Origin: Mobula hypostoma
Taxonomy: Eukaryota
DNA: 64,000 nt
NCBI RefSeq assembly: GCF_963921235.1
Contig: NC_086108.1
Coordinates: 19,778,001-19,842,000 of the forward strand
Direction: 5' to 3'
Position numbers and translations under genes: made by a program
The notes under the pieces: model-generated
Told to the model about the DNA's origin: nothing
Seen by the model: only the letters and a program-made list of their open reading frames with translations
The model's database searches: none
Shown: positions 63,372-64,000 of the stretch, in pieces
Position numbering within the stretch: the stretch's first letter is position 1
Layout: every line of letters starts with the position of its first letter

Positions 63372-64000
63372 CATAAGACATGGGAGCAGATTTAGGCCAT
63401 TTGTCCCATTGAGGGTGCTCCACCATTCAATCATGGCTGAACCTTCTTCCCCCTCCTCAGCCCCATTCCCCAGCTTTCTCCCCATAACCTTTGATGCAGT
63501 GGCCAATCAAGAACTGATCAATTTCTGCCTTAAATGCACCCAATGGCCTGGCCTCCACAGCTGCATGTGGTAACAAATTCCACAAATTCACCACCCTCTA
63601 GCTAAAGAAATTACTCCACATCTGTTTTAAATGGATGCCTCTCTGTCCTGAGGCTGTGCCCTCTTGTCCTTGACTCCCCGACCCTGGGAAACATCCTTTC
63701 CATATCTACTCTGTCTTGGCCTTACAATATTTGAAAGGTTTCAGTGAGATCCCTCCCACTAATCCTAAATTCCAGCAAGTACAGACCCAGAGCCATCAAA
63801 TGTTCCTCATATGATAACCCTTTCATTCCTGGAATCATCCTTGTGAGCTTACTCTGAACATTCTCCAAAGACAGCACATCTTTTCTTAGATGAGGGGACC
63901 AAAACTATTCACATTACTCAAGGTGAGGCTTCACCAGTCCCTTATAAAGCCTCAGCATCACGTCCCTGTTCTTGTATTCAAGACCTCTTGAAATTAATGC
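63372..64000 (-). mobile_element. CR1 LINE 3' portion, running off the window end
   Basis: Same sequence family as 14615-15000; abuts an opposite-strand CR1 fragment at ~63165-63371. Confidence 0.85.

Overview
Vertebrate genomic DNA, most likely a cartilaginous fish (inferred from the repeat landscape, not proven). The + strand carries the 3' two-thirds of a Notch2 orthologue. I traced 21 coding exons by hand (equivalent to human exons 14-34, 945..50165). All have GT-AG introns with consistent phases, and they sum to 5227 nt, i.e. 1742 codons after one carry-over base. They encode EGF19/20-36, LNR-A/B/C, HD, TM, RAM, ankyrin repeats and PEST. An almost TE-free ~4 kb probable 3' UTR follows. 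The introns hold a young antisense SCAN-gag (Gmr1-like) LTR element with collapsed pol, a decayed Gypsy element, many CR1 fragments, a Rex1/Babar fragment, hAT and Tigger/mariner DNA elements, V-SINE-like repeats and a multicopy short repeat carrying a minimal hammerhead-ribozyme motif. The main leads are: (1) an apparently intact sense-strand hammerhead motif just upstream of exon 15; (2) a ~505-bp piece of the gene's own 3' UTR, ending exactly at a CR1 3' tail, copied into intron 33; (3) a non-autonomous Gmr1-like element keeping one nearly open 930-codon frame despite lacking RT, RNase H and integrase cores. Comparisons with human Notch proteins and exon sizes are from recalled knowledge, not from a search.
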